A DNA stretch of 55,714 bases from Candidatus Kaiserbacteria bacterium (GCA_016217965.1 JACRFI010000015.1:82366-138079), one strand, 5' to 3'; counted from the stretch's first letter, positions 40,254-49,893 are shown. Numbers and translations: made by a program. Notes: generated from the letters alone by a model not told the origin.

Positions 40254-42470
40254 GTGCGTAAGATATTTTTTGCACTTTTCGGCGCATGCGCACTTCTCCC
40301 AGTTGTCGCTTTTGCTGAGTTCACGATTGATTTGAAGCAAGGCGACAGTGGGCAACCGGTGGTCGAGCTCCAAAATTTCCTGATCACGCAAACTCATCTC
40401 GCGGCATACAACAACACTGGCTTCTTTGGACCTCTCACGCTTGCGGGAGTGAAAGCATTTCAAACTGCACAAAACATCTCACCCGCCTCGGGATTTTTTG
40501 GCCCCCTCACTCGCGCAGCGGCGAACTCGCTTCTCCAGCAAACAACGCAACAAAATCAGTGTCCAGTTGTCGGCGTTCCCTCGTGCCAAGGCGGAATACT
40601 CGAGCCTCTTGGCGTCGATGCGAAAGGTTGTCAGATTGGGTATCGGTGCGTGGGAGGGACAGGTGCGCAAAGCGGAACCGCACTCACAGCAAGCCCGACC
40701 TCCGGCCAGGCGCCTCTTTTTGTTACGTTCTCATACAGCACCGCCAATTTGACCGGTGGCTCACTCACGCTCTATTTTGGCGATGGAGACGAAACAGATG
40801 TTGCGGTGACATCCCAGGGAGGCACGACCAATCATGCGTACACGCAGCCGGGGACCTATACTGCAGTGCTTTCTTCTGGGGGAACTGTTGTTGCATCTGC
40901 GAACGTTACCGTGAACGCATGCACGGGCTCGAACTGCGCAAAACCAAATTCCTGCCCTGCACTTGACCAACTGCGCCGCATCTTGCGGCAAGGAATGAGC
41001 GGGAATGACGTTTCCGCGCTCCAAGACTACCTTGCAGAGTTCCCGAACATCTATCCAGAAAAGCTCACAACCGGATACTTCGGTTCCGCAACAGAGAAAG
41101 CAGTACAGAGATGGCAGACGGCACGCGCCATTGCATCATCAGGTTCCCCTGAGAGCACGGGTTGGGGGGTTGTTGGGCCAAAGACCATCAAGGCTATGCG
41201 AGAAGCGTGCAATCTTGCAGGTCTTCCGTCGAACCTCGCTGCAAATAGTGACACTCCAGGTTCACAGACAATCACGCTTGCTGTGGGACAGATCATTTTT
41301 GTCGGCGGGACGAATGTGAAGTTTGATTCGATGGCAGAGAATTCCGCATCTCTTATCGAAATACCAATCGGTGGCAGCATAGTGTCACAATATTTCAGCG
41401 AATCAGCGATACTTTCCGTGAACGAGCAAGTGACATTCAACGGTGCCACTATTACGCTTAAGGAAATTAATTCGACAACGCAGAGGGCAACGTTCCTGAT
41501 TGCGGCAAATCCGAATGCGCTCTCGGTCGCAGCGACTCCAGACACAGGTCCTGCGCCACTTACGGTTTCGATCTCAGTATCACCATGGTTCCCAAACGGA
41601 TACACCCTTGATTTTGGCGACGGCATGGATGCAGTAACGTGTGATTCATCGTGTGGAAACACCAAATCGTTTGCACGCTCATACGCGAAAAACGGCACCT
41701 ATACGGTGAGCCTCAAGAACGCAAGTGGCGAAACGGTGAAGACCGCGACGGTCAAAGTAGAAGGAAATGGCCAGAACGTCCCTGTGATCTCCTCATACTC
41801 GCCCACATCGGCATATCCCGGTGACACCGTTAAAATGAAAGGAAAGTATCTCACGGGTATTAACTCCATCCTCGTCGAAGGCACGTTGATCGGTGTGTTT
41901 GCAGCAAGCGACGTCGAGACGCTCGATTTCGTGATACCGAATCCATTTCCGAAGGGTTCGTATGGGCTCGTCGTTTCAAATGTGAACGGTACGAGTGCAA
42001 GCGTTTCAATAACCATACTTGGCCCCAAACCACCGCCTGTTTCGTCGGCAAGTGAATACTGCACGTTAAACGGCGTTGGATATCCTATCGAGCCGGCGGC
42101 TGCGAAATGCACTAACCCCTACGGGAATATAGGGGATGGGATAAAGAACGAACACCTAAACGCAGAAGCACAAGCCTGTCAAAAATATTACTTGGGCGCG
42201 ATTGCGTGCATCCAACAAGGTTGGATAGGTCAAAGCACTGCGCCGCATTGGGGAACTACGCGATTTGCCTGCATCAGTTCGAATGGCGTGTTCGTGCCCG
42301 CGAGCAACGGCATAGTATCGGGAAATAAGTGCAGGGAAAATGCTGACATTTCACAGAGAGAGTGCATTACCCCGTACGCGTGCCGTAAAGACGGGTGGTG
42401 GGAAGCTGATATGTATGGCAACTTGTTAGAGAAGGTCAACCCACCGTGGATATGGACAGAATCACCTTGA
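40254..42470 (+). CDS. Surface protein: signal peptide, two PG-binding domains, two PKD domains, IPT/TIG domain, Cys-rich tip
   Basis: LKQGDSG..V..LQ.FL...GFFGPLT...V..FQ; FGDG...H.Y..PG.YT; SYSPTSAYPGDTVKMKG. Confidence 0.82.
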   Translation: MRKIFFALFGACALLPVVAFAEFTIDLKQGDSGQPVVELQNFLITQTHLAAYNNTGFFGPLTLAGVKAFQTAQNISPASGFFGPLTRAAANSLLQQTTQQNQCPVVGVPSCQGGILEPLGVDAKGCQIGYRCVGGTGAQSGTALTASPTSGQAPLFVTFSYSTANLTGGSLTLYFGDGDETDVAVTSQGGTTNHAYTQPGTYTAVLSSGGTVVASANVTVNACTGSNCAKPNSCPALDQLRRILRQGMSGNDVSALQDYLAEFPNIYPEKLTTGYFGSATEKAVQRWQTARAIASSGSPESTGWGVVGPKTIKAMREACNLAGLPSNLAANSDTPGSQTITLAVGQIIFVGGTNVKFDSMAENSASLIEIPIGGSIVSQYFSESAILSVNEQVTFNGATITLKEINSTTQRATFLIAANPNALSVAATPDTGPAPLTVSISVSPWFPNGYTLDFGDGMDAVTCDSSCGNTKSFARSYAKNGTYTVSLKNASGETVKTATVKVEGNGQNVPVISSYSPTSAYPGDTVKMKGKYLTGINSILVEGTLIGVFAASDVETLDFVIPNPFPKGSYGLVVSNVNGTSASVSITILGPKPPPVSSASEYCTLNGVGYPIEPAAAKCTNPYGNIGDGIKNEHLNAEAQACQKYYLGAIACIQQGWIGQSTAPHWGTTRFACISSNGVFVPASNGIVSGNKCRENADISQRECITPYACRKDGWWEADMYGNLLEKVNPPWIWTESP

Positions 42471-42506
42471 TGCCTATGTTCACCGTGCGCAATAAGTTCG
42501 CGTAAC

Positions 42507-44750
42507 TTATTGCGTGAAGTTTTCGGTTTCTTCGAACTCCTCCTCTGCCTCCTCTTCTGTCTCCGGCAATATCCAATTCGCGACTCGGTATCGCAGTGCA
42601 TCGAACATCCCTGTCAGCGTCGAATATTGAAATGCTTCGTCCGGTATCCACACCACTGACAACACGTCTGCATAATCATCAGTCCATACGGGAATGCGTC
42701 GCTCCGGCGTATACGGGAGCGCGCTCTCGAATGCGTCTGCGGTGGAAACATTTGGATCGCGCGAGAGTAGCACCCATTCGGAAGATGACGCAAGCTCGTC
42801 CTCCTCTCCGGAAGCGCTCACGACGAACGCTGTCAGGCCTAGGCTCTCTGCAACACTCACGATTGCGGGTGGAAGATCAAGGTAGCGATTGGATGTGTGT
42901 ACCGCAATGATGCTCTCCGACCCCGCGAGATGGTCGAGGTACAGCTGGATTGCTTCTTTTGTAATGAGATGCACCGGTATCGTGTCGTCATTAAACGCAT
43001 CAACTGCGATGACATCAAATTTCTGCAGCTCCCCGCGGCGACGCTCGTCTTCAAGAACGATGCGCGCATCGCCGAGCCTCACTTCAAACCCATCGCAGCG
43101 TGTAGAATAGGTGAAATATTCTTTTGCAAGAGAGACAACGCGTGAATCTATTTCATAGAAGACATACTGGTCCCCTTCGCCGCAATACACGCTCAGATTC
43201 CCAGTGCCAAGCCCTATGACAGCGACCTTCATGGTCCTATCGAGGTGATTTACATACTCGTGGACGATAGCGCGTGCGACACCGCTTCCTGTTGAGTAGT
43301 AGTTCGCAGGCGTAAATTCTTTCTCAGGATCGAGCGATTGGGTGCCATGGAGCGTGGCGCCATGCATGAGGTAACGAAGGTCCCCGAATTGCTGGACCTT
43401 TGCAGTACCATAGAAATTTCGTGTAGCAGAAAGTGTCTCGTAGCCGTAGTCGTCGGTGTTGAGGTAGGTAAATGCGGCGCGCACGATGAGGAGAATAATG
43501 AGAAAGCGTATTACCGTGCGCATCCGGGGCCGTATTGCAAATAGTGGGCCGGCACCCGCAGGGACAAGCGCGAACGCAGCGAGAGCCGCAGCTGCGATTG
43601 CGAGCGGAAATTCATGGAGCTCGTTGAAAATAAGGGGCGCCACGAGGCTCGCAAACATCGCGCCGAGCATTCCTCCGAAAGAAATAAGCAGATAGAAGAG
43701 CGGCACATGCGAAACGGCAGGGCGCATTCCGTACAATGCGCCGTGGCAGAAAAGTCCGCAGAAGAATAGGAGCCCCAGGTCTGCAATGAGGCGCCAGACG
43801 ACGAGCTCGTGCGGGACATCGAGCGCCGCGTACGCAAACGCTGCAAACAGCAGCACTCCGAGCCAGGTGAGAGCGCCCCTTCCCCACCCCCAGAACGCGA
43901 AAATGAACGAGATGAGATAGAGACAAAGCGGCAAAAGCCAAAGGAACGGGATGGGTGCGACGACCTGTGTTATTTGGGTTGTTGTTGCAACGAGAAGAAG
44001 TGATGGCAAAGCAGCCAAGAGGACCCACGCTGATTTCTTGGTAAGTGAGATGGGCGCGGAATCAGCGCCTGGCGTTGATTCCGCGCTACGAACGTGTTCG
44101 GAACGATAGAACCTATTGCACACCGCCGCAGCGAGCGCCACGTACAAAATAAAAAGCGCGGTCCACACCGCTTCTTGAGAAGCGAGCCGCATATGGGGCT
44201 CTACTAAAAATGGATACGTCGCGAGCGCAAGAAGAGAGCCGATGTTTGAGAGAGCATATAGTTTGTACGGTTCGCGCTTCTCGGAAAGCCCGTACCAATA
44301 TTGCATCAAAGGGCCCGTGGTAGAAAGCAAAAAATATGGAATGCCGATCGAAAGAAAAAGCGAGATCAACACTTCCAACGATGGTGCAAGCGTGCTCGCA
44401 AGCGTCCAATCAAGCGGCGGATAAAAAGATCGCCAGATAATAGGAGAAACAAGTGCAACAAATCCCCCGACTCCAACGACGTACAAATGCACGCGCGCCT
44501 GCCTTGCCTCTTCCCATTTCTGAAGCACATAGACATATAGATAGCCAACAAAAAGCATCGTGGTGAAAAAAAGAAGGCTCGTCGCCCACACGCTCGAAGA
44601 CCCGCCAAACCACGGGAGAAGATGCTTCCCCACTATCGGCTGCACCTGAAAAAGAAGGAACGCGGAAAGGAAAATTGCGGATGCATACAAAAAATAAGCC
44701 CCAAGCCTGGGGAACGACGCGCCAATACCGCGAAATAACATGCGCACCAT
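42507..44750 (-). CDS. Fused MFS-like membrane domain / spermidine synthase-like SAM-dependent domain
   Basis: LLF.VQP..GK.LLP.FGGS..VW; HGATLHG.Q; VIGLGTG; DAFNDD.IP.HL.T.EA. Confidence 0.88.
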   Translation of the reverse strand: MVRMLFRGIGASFPRLGAYFLYASAIFLSAFLLFQVQPIVGKHLLPWFGGSSSVWATSLLFFTTMLFVGYLYVYVLQKWEEARQARVHLYVVGVGGFVALVSPIIWRSFYPPLDWTLASTLAPSLEVLISLFLSIGIPYFLLSTTGPLMQYWYGLSEKREPYKLYALSNIGSLLALATYPFLVEPHMRLASQEAVWTALFILYVALAAAVCNRFYRSEHVRSAESTPGADSAPISLTKKSAWVLLAALPSLLLVATTTQITQVVAPIPFLWLLPLCLYLISFIFAFWGWGRGALTWLGVLLFAAFAYAALDVPHELVVWRLIADLGLLFFCGLFCHGALYGMRPAVSHVPLFYLLISFGGMLGAMFASLVAPLIFNELHEFPLAIAAAALAAFALVPAGAGPLFAIRPRMRTVIRFLIILLIVRAAFTYLNTDDYGYETLSATRNFYGTAKVQQFGDLRYLMHGATLHGTQSLDPEKEFTPANYYSTGSGVARAIVHEYVNHLDRTMKVAVIGLGTGNLSVYCGEGDQYVFYEIDSRVVSLAKEYFTYSTRCDGFEVRLGDARIVLEDERRRGELQKFDVIAVDAFNDDTIPVHLITKEAIQLYLDHLAGSESIIAVHTSNRYLDLPPAIVSVAESLGLTAFVVSASGEEDELASSSEWVLLSRDPNVSTADAFESALPYTPERRIPVWTDDYADVLSVVWIPDEAFQYSTLTGMFDALRYRVANWILPETEEEAEEEFEETENFTQ

Positions 44751-44754
44751 ACTA

Positions 44755-45813
44755 TCACGGCAGTGGCGCAAGGTTTTCCCCCTGCAACTCAAGCCCTAGC
44801 TTCAATAGATTTTGTTTGAATGCGTCTCGAGCTCCTTCAAAAGTACGCGTCCCGGCAAGAATTTCCCTCGTTAAGCGCCGAGATTCATCATTCAACTGCG
44901 AATGCACGTCAAGGTATTGATATGCCTCGATATCATCCCTAAGTGGCAACCCCTTCGCCCATGCATATACCTGGATCCAATGCGGCTCATTCAATACAAC
45001 AACCCCCCTCGCGACAAGGTTCGCGAGAACGTCGGCGAATTCCGAGGGAGTTTTCGCAAGATGCTTCCAGTCTTCAACGACTTTTGGGAAAAACTTTCTT
45101 ACATCTGCAATATTTTTTAGAAATGCCTGCTGCAAACTTCGAATGATGCGATTCAACAACGTTTCTCTGAGCTGAAAGTGCTTGTATTCCGCCGGATACT
45201 GCTCTCTTTCCTTTGCATCCCATTTCATCTTTTTCAACACCCAACGGAAACGTGACGTCACAACTCCATCTTCAATTTGAATGGTTTTCATTCCCATTTT
45301 TCTCAGTATGTATCCGATGCCATCCTGTTGCGCCAACACGAGATCAGGAGTGCTCGGCGTGAGGTAGAAATCAACCGCCTGTCGCACTCGTTCTTCTGGT
45401 ACGCCGGCGATACTGAAATACCGCGCCATATGTTCGAGTGTTCCTGCATCCTGGTGAGTGTGATAGATGGCAAGGCCCTCTGAGATATTTTTTCGATTTT
45501 CCTTCGTAAAAACCTCGCGCAATAGTTTCGCGTAGTCGATTTCTATCCCTGTCCTATCCCCCTCTCCCCCTGAATACCATCTTCCTTGGGATCGGGAGCC
45601 GATAAACACACCTCCGTATTCATTCTTCGCATCTTTTGCAGCGCGCTGCAGATCCAAAATTCCATCTCGCCATCCTTTGCCGTTTAACGATTCGAGGGCG
45701 CGCAACAACGTCGAGTGCAGTGATGCAAAAGTAAACGCCCCTGCGCCGCCAAGTATTCTCAAAAAATCTCGCCGATCCACATCCTGTACAGACGTATCAG
45801 TTTTTTCGTTCAC
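44755..45813 (-). CDS. Twin-arginine-signal protein with JAB/MPN-like motif
   Basis: DRRDFLRILGGAG at the N-terminus; EYGG...YHTH...PSTPD. Confidence 0.55.
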   Translation of the reverse strand: MNEKTDTSVQDVDRRDFLRILGGAGAFTFASLHSTLLRALESLNGKGWRDGILDLQRAAKDAKNEYGGVFIGSRSQGRWYSGGEGDRTGIEIDYAKLLREVFTKENRKNISEGLAIYHTHQDAGTLEHMARYFSIAGVPEERVRQAVDFYLTPSTPDLVLAQQDGIGYILRKMGMKTIQIEDGVVTSRFRWVLKKMKWDAKEREQYPAEYKHFQLRETLLNRIIRSLQQAFLKNIADVRKFFPKVVEDWKHLAKTPSEFADVLANLVARGVVVLNEPHWIQVYAWAKGLPLRDDIEAYQYLDVHSQLNDESRRLTREILAGTRTFEGARDAFKQNLLKLGLELQGENLAPLP

Positions 45814-45845
45814 ACCAAAATCGTATCATGCAAATGTCCCAAATA

Positions 45846-45885
45846 AGTGAGCCGGCGATCTCGGGGGGTTGGATGCCGGCTCACT
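45846..45885. other. 11-bp perfect hairpin with C-rich loop on the minus strand
   Basis: AGTGAGCCGGC/GCCGGCTCACT; loop reads CAACCCCCC on the minus strand. Confidence 0.55.
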
Positions 45886-46008
45886 AGTCGCTACCTCGGC
45901 AGCCCACGATGGAAGGGCTGAGGTTCACATTGCGATGCTACCGAAGGAGCAACTGGTAGAAGCATATCACCTCAGTATTACTCTGTCTTGGATGTTAGTA
46001 TATGCGGC

Positions 46009-46677
46009 ATGGATGAGATGAAAACGCCTCGGTCAAAAACACCCACGGAAAGGATCATCGCTACGGCGCGATACGAGATGCGACACTTAACGCTGGAACA
46101 ACAGTTCGAGAAAATAATTGAAAGTAAGGAAGAAGAAACAAAAACCGCCTTTCCGGAGCTAACGCCTCACATTGAAGAAATATCAAATGAGCTCAGGAAA
46201 GGCACCTACGCAACGCATGAAGAGTTGTACAGTGCCTGCTACGCAAAAATCTTGAGTTTAATGCGCGGCGCCGGTATTTCAGAGGAGGAATATCATCAAC
46301 GTGTGGAAAATATCATGCCTGCGGGAATGCGCCGCATCGGTAAAATGCTGCACATCCGTCTGGATCAGGACAGCTCAGAGGTCGACATCGACTTTATTGG
46401 CATTTCTGACTCTCCACAGGGCGATTTAAGTAAACTGGCTGGCGCAGCACTTGCCTTTCGAGAGGATCTTAGAATTCTTGCGGATATGCTGCGAAGTGAC
46501 CCAGATTTTAAGAACATCAAAGCTATTTCGGCAACGTCCTCTATTCTATACGACCGGCCCGAGTTCGTAGTGCGAGCAGGTTTTAAGATTGTCGATAGAA
46601 ACGACGAATTTGAAGTCTCTAAAGCGATAATCTCCCGCGAAGATTTTTTGAAACAATTCCCTGAAAAGAAAGAGTGA
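46009..46677 (+). CDS. Hypothetical protein
   Basis: About 222-aa ORF. Confidence 0.6.
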   Translation: MDEMKTPRSKTPTERIIATARYEMRHLTLEQQFEKIIESKEEETKTAFPELTPHIEEISNELRKGTYATHEELYSACYAKILSLMRGAGISEEEYHQRVENIMPAGMRRIGKMLHIRLDQDSSEVDIDFIGISDSPQGDLSKLAGAALAFREDLRILADMLRSDPDFKNIKAISATSSILYDRPEFVVRAGFKIVDRNDEFEVSKAIISREDFLKQFPEKKE

Positions 46678-46692
46678 GGATGTTTGATCCCC

Positions 46693-46809
46693 AAAATGAA
46701 ACGAGACGAATCGCAGAGATTCGTCAGGTTTTTAAGTCGCACGCTCAGCCGTACTTGCCTACCGTTGGGAGCGGTTGGAGACATGGCTAAGCACGACCAA
46801 ACGTGCGAC
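46693..46809 (-). ncRNA. Structured element, copy 1 (long hairpin plus terminator-like hairpin), downstream of the sigma gene
   Basis: GTCGCACG/CGTGCGAC and GACGAATC/GATTCGTC stems; 16-nt identity with 48159-48174. Confidence 0.45.
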
Positions 46810-46857
46810 CTCAATGACGATAACAATCTAGCGAATAATTTCAAGCCCCGCTCCAAC

Positions 46858-48096
46858 TTATGCGGTGCCACTCTCATCTTCTGGACCTTCGTCACGAGAA
46901 TCATCCATCGCTTCTCCGTCACCGCTCTCCTCATCGCCATCTCGTAACCACTTCAACATCTCTCTGGCACGATTAACTCGGGATTTGATCGTCCCATCAG
47001 CTACACCCATCTTTCGCGCGGCTTCAGCATAACTGAACCCTTGCAATGCAACCAATTTCAATGCTTCTCGTTGCTCAGCCGGCAATAACTTCATATGCTC
47101 AAAGGTTTCTTTCAACTCCATCGCCGATTCCTGATTTCCGAAAGTGCCTGTGTTTAATATTGCCGTCTCTGCTGCCTCGCCTCCATAAGTTTTTCTGTGC
47201 GTTTGTATACGCAAGTCGCTGAGATTTGAGTTTCTTAGAATAGTAAATGCCCACGCTTCTAAATTTGTCCCTTCTTGGAATTGATCGCGCGCATTTAATG
47301 CTTTGAAAAAAGTAAGCTGCACAAGATTTTCAGACTCTGCGTAGTCATTATGCGTCAATTTCATTGCAAAACCGAATAATTTTGGTCGCAATCGCACTAA
47401 CCCATCCTCAAACGAGAGCACTTCCGTCGATCGCCGTCGAACTCGCTTTTCCACCGGTTTCGGCTCAAGTTTCTTCATGAGCTTGTTCCCAACAGCGCGC
47501 TGCCTTTCACCAATAACCGGCGTCGCCCACTCCATCTTTGTCTCGCTGCCTGATTCGGAATTCGCTTCCTTCTCAGCGTCATCTCCTTCTTGCTCCTCAG
47601 GCAGATCTTGCCGAGCATTATTACTCGGACTCAAAATTACGTCAGCAAGATGAAAAAAATTTTTGCTACCGGCATCCATATCACGGACACGTACAGCGAC
47701 CCGACGAATACCCTTATCTTTAAGAACCTTCACTATTGGGGAAGCATCGTCTTCAGCGAGGAAGGACCGGCGCAGTGTTCCCAAAAGCGCCATATGTTCT
47801 TGTCTTCGGTCTCCCGCCTGCTTAGCCACGGACATTGAGAGGATAATGCCTGGTTCCATTTTTCCATCAACCAACATGTCCAGAGGCAGAGCCTTCACTT
47901 CTCCCGCAACCCTTAAATCTTTCTCCATTCTCTTTGCCAATTTTGTAACTTGATCTCCAGCTTGTTTAGCAAAATTCGGATCAACAGCATAACTCTCGTA
48001 AAGAAGGGCATATGCTTCTCTCATCATTGCAATACTTACCTCTTTCTCATTTCGTGCTTCATTTCCGAACTTTGGACGCATCGCATTAAATGTCAT
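46858..48096 (-). CDS. ECF sigma-70 factor (EcfG/ECF15-like C-terminal domain) with ~230-aa unknown N-terminal extension
   Basis: FQEGTNLEAWAFTILRN; LPAEQREAL.LV...GFSYAEAA...GTIKSRVNRAR. Confidence 0.8.
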   Translation of the reverse strand: MTFNAMRPKFGNEARNEKEVSIAMMREAYALLYESYAVDPNFAKQAGDQVTKLAKRMEKDLRVAGEVKALPLDMLVDGKMEPGIILSMSVAKQAGDRRQEHMALLGTLRRSFLAEDDASPIVKVLKDKGIRRVAVRVRDMDAGSKNFFHLADVILSPSNNARQDLPEEQEGDDAEKEANSESGSETKMEWATPVIGERQRAVGNKLMKKLEPKPVEKRVRRRSTEVLSFEDGLVRLRPKLFGFAMKLTHNDYAESENLVQLTFFKALNARDQFQEGTNLEAWAFTILRNSNLSDLRIQTHRKTYGGEAAETAILNTGTFGNQESAMELKETFEHMKLLPAEQREALKLVALQGFSYAEAARKMGVADGTIKSRVNRAREMLKWLRDGDEESGDGEAMDDSRDEGPEDESGTA

Positions 48097-48158
48097 GAAA
48101 TCACTCTATCATCAAAAACGAGACACAAACCACTGGATGCTAGAAAGTTATGTGCCCT

Positions 48159-48265
48159 AAAATGAAACGAGACGGGTCTTTGTGAGACTCGTCATCGTTT
48201 GGGGCCGCTCCCGGCCACACCTACTACGAGGGTTGGGGGGCTGGTAAGCAGGCGTAACCAGGAGC
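48159..48265 (-). ncRNA. Structured element, copy 2, upstream of the sigma gene
   Basis: 16-bp helix 48207-48222/48250-48265 whose four mismatches are all G-U on the minus strand; C-rich loop. Confidence 0.5.
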
Positions 48266-48337
48266 AGCTGTAGCCACTCTATCACGAAACTGCCTCATTG
48301 CAGTTGACGCACTGCGCCGCTTGTAGCGCAACGCGGA

Positions 48338-48433
48338 ATTTCCACAATGGAAAATAAAACTGCGGCGTTGTCCACATGAATTCCCCATCGTTATCTACAG
48401 CCAATAAACAGACTTATACAAGAGTTATCCACG
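48338..48433 (+). promoter_or_regulatory. Cluster of five DnaA-box-like 9-mers
   Basis: ATTTCCACA, TTGTCCACA, TTATCTACA, TTATACAAG, TTATCCACG, all in the same orientation. Confidence 0.45.
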
Positions 48434-48597
48434 GAAATTCCATTATTTCTTCATGAGCCTCACATATTGAAAGCGCTACAGTTCATCTGTTGCGCTGGCG
48501 AGGGATGCAAATAAAGTCGTGCGCCTCTCTCTTCACGCAACACAAGCGTTGCGCTCGAACGCCCGACACAGTAATCAATGTGAACGGGTAAGCGTCT

Positions 48598-48800
48598 CTC
48601 GCGATTCCAAAACTGCTTCGTTCTTCTTTCGGGAAACAAGAAGGTCCTCTTTTCATGGGGGCGGATCGAAAGAAGCAGTTAAAAGATCGCGAGCTCGGCA
48701 AGGTCGGTTCGCCGAACGACGCATGAAATGTCAAAGTCAAGAACTTTGACGCTTTATGAGACCCCCCAGCGAGATAGCAATACATTGCATCTCACGGGGC
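48598..48800 (+). promoter_or_regulatory. Structured 5' leader of the TasA/SipW operon
   Basis: CTCGCGAT/ATCGCGAG, AACTGCTTC/GAAGCAGTT, GTCAAAGT/ACTTTGAC and GAGAT-GCAA/TTGC-ATCTC stems. Confidence 0.45.
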
Positions 48801-48828
48801 AAGTTAAAAGAAATAAATAATAAAAAAT

Positions 48829-49743
48829 ATGCAATTACTATCAGTACAAAGAATTCTTCTAAGCTTGGGGATGATCGTGTTTGTGGGAGCGGTCGCGGCG
48901 GGAGCCACGGGCGCATTTTTCAATGACACGGAAACGTCAACAGGCAACACATTCGCGGCTGGAGACATCGATCTTCAAATCGACAACGAAAGCTATGCAA
49001 TCGACTTCAATATTCCAGGATTTGTTGATCCTGATGGTTCTCTCGTAGCGAACCCAGGTAACTCATGGACAGCGACAGACCTAACAGATGAGAAGTTCTT
49101 CGACTTTTCTGATGTTAAACCAGGAGACTACGGAGAGGACACAATCTCCATCCACGTTGGCTCGAATGATGCATGGATGTGTGCAGCAGCGCGCGTCACA
49201 GTTGATTCCGACGAGACCTGCACAGAGCCAGAAAATGGTGCGGTAGACGGTGAAAATGCCGCATGTGTGCCGGAAGTTGATGGCACGAATGGTGATCTCG
49301 CAGATGTACTCAACTTCGCGTTCTGGGTAGACGATGGAGACAATGTGTTTGAACCAGGCACAGGAACAGGTGGTACACCAGAGACCATTTTCCTTGGTGG
49401 GCCGCTTAGCGGTCTCGGATCTCAAGGTCAGATCGCACTTGCAGATGCAAGCGGTGGTGCATTTGGCAGTGATCCAGTCCCAGGTGACGAAACAGTCTAT
49501 ATTGGCAAAATCTGGTGTGCGGGTACGTTGACACCTGGAGCTCTTGTTCAAGATGGCTCAGGCGACTTGATCAGTCCGATAACAGCCCAAGGCACAGGCT
49601 TCACTTGCGACGGATCGCTCGTAGACAACTCATCACAGACCGACAAGGTCGAGGGTGATATGGAGTTCTACGCGACACAGGCTCGCAATAATGACAGCTT
49701 CCAATGCGAGACTGATTACGATCCGACGTGGACCATCCAATAG
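48829..49743 (+). CDS. TasA/camelysin-family protein with SipW-cognate signal peptide (probable major subunit)
   Basis: ATGAFFNDTETSTGNTFAAGDIDL; DVKPGD; C-terminal F.ATQ. Confidence 0.85.
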   Translation: MQLLSVQRILLSLGMIVFVGAVAAGATGAFFNDTETSTGNTFAAGDIDLQIDNESYAIDFNIPGFVDPDGSLVANPGNSWTATDLTDEKFFDFSDVKPGDYGEDTISIHVGSNDAWMCAAARVTVDSDETCTEPENGAVDGENAACVPEVDGTNGDLADVLNFAFWVDDGDNVFEPGTGTGGTPETIFLGGPLSGLGSQGQIALADASGGAFGSDPVPGDETVYIGKIWCAGTLTPGALVQDGSGDLISPITAQGTGFTCDGSLVDNSSQTDKVEGDMEFYATQARNNDSFQCETDYDPTWTIQ

Positions 49744-49893
49744 TTCCATTACGAACTTGAACAAAGTTCGCGGATAGCTAGACCGAGCATTTCCCTTCCA
49801 AAAGGATGTGCTCGGGAAGCTGAACACGAAATTCAGCAAGGTCTTTATTAAAAAAATTAGCAAGTAATAAGGGGAACTGGCTAAAAAATTATT

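Noticed and set aside
46693-46730. Hammerhead ribozyme (CTGACGA on the minus strand)
   Set aside because: No GAAA core after stem II and no stems I/III
48500-48828. c-di-GMP-I or -II riboswitch before the TasA operon
   Set aside because: Consensus elements (GGCAAAC...GAAA...GACGCAAA) are absent
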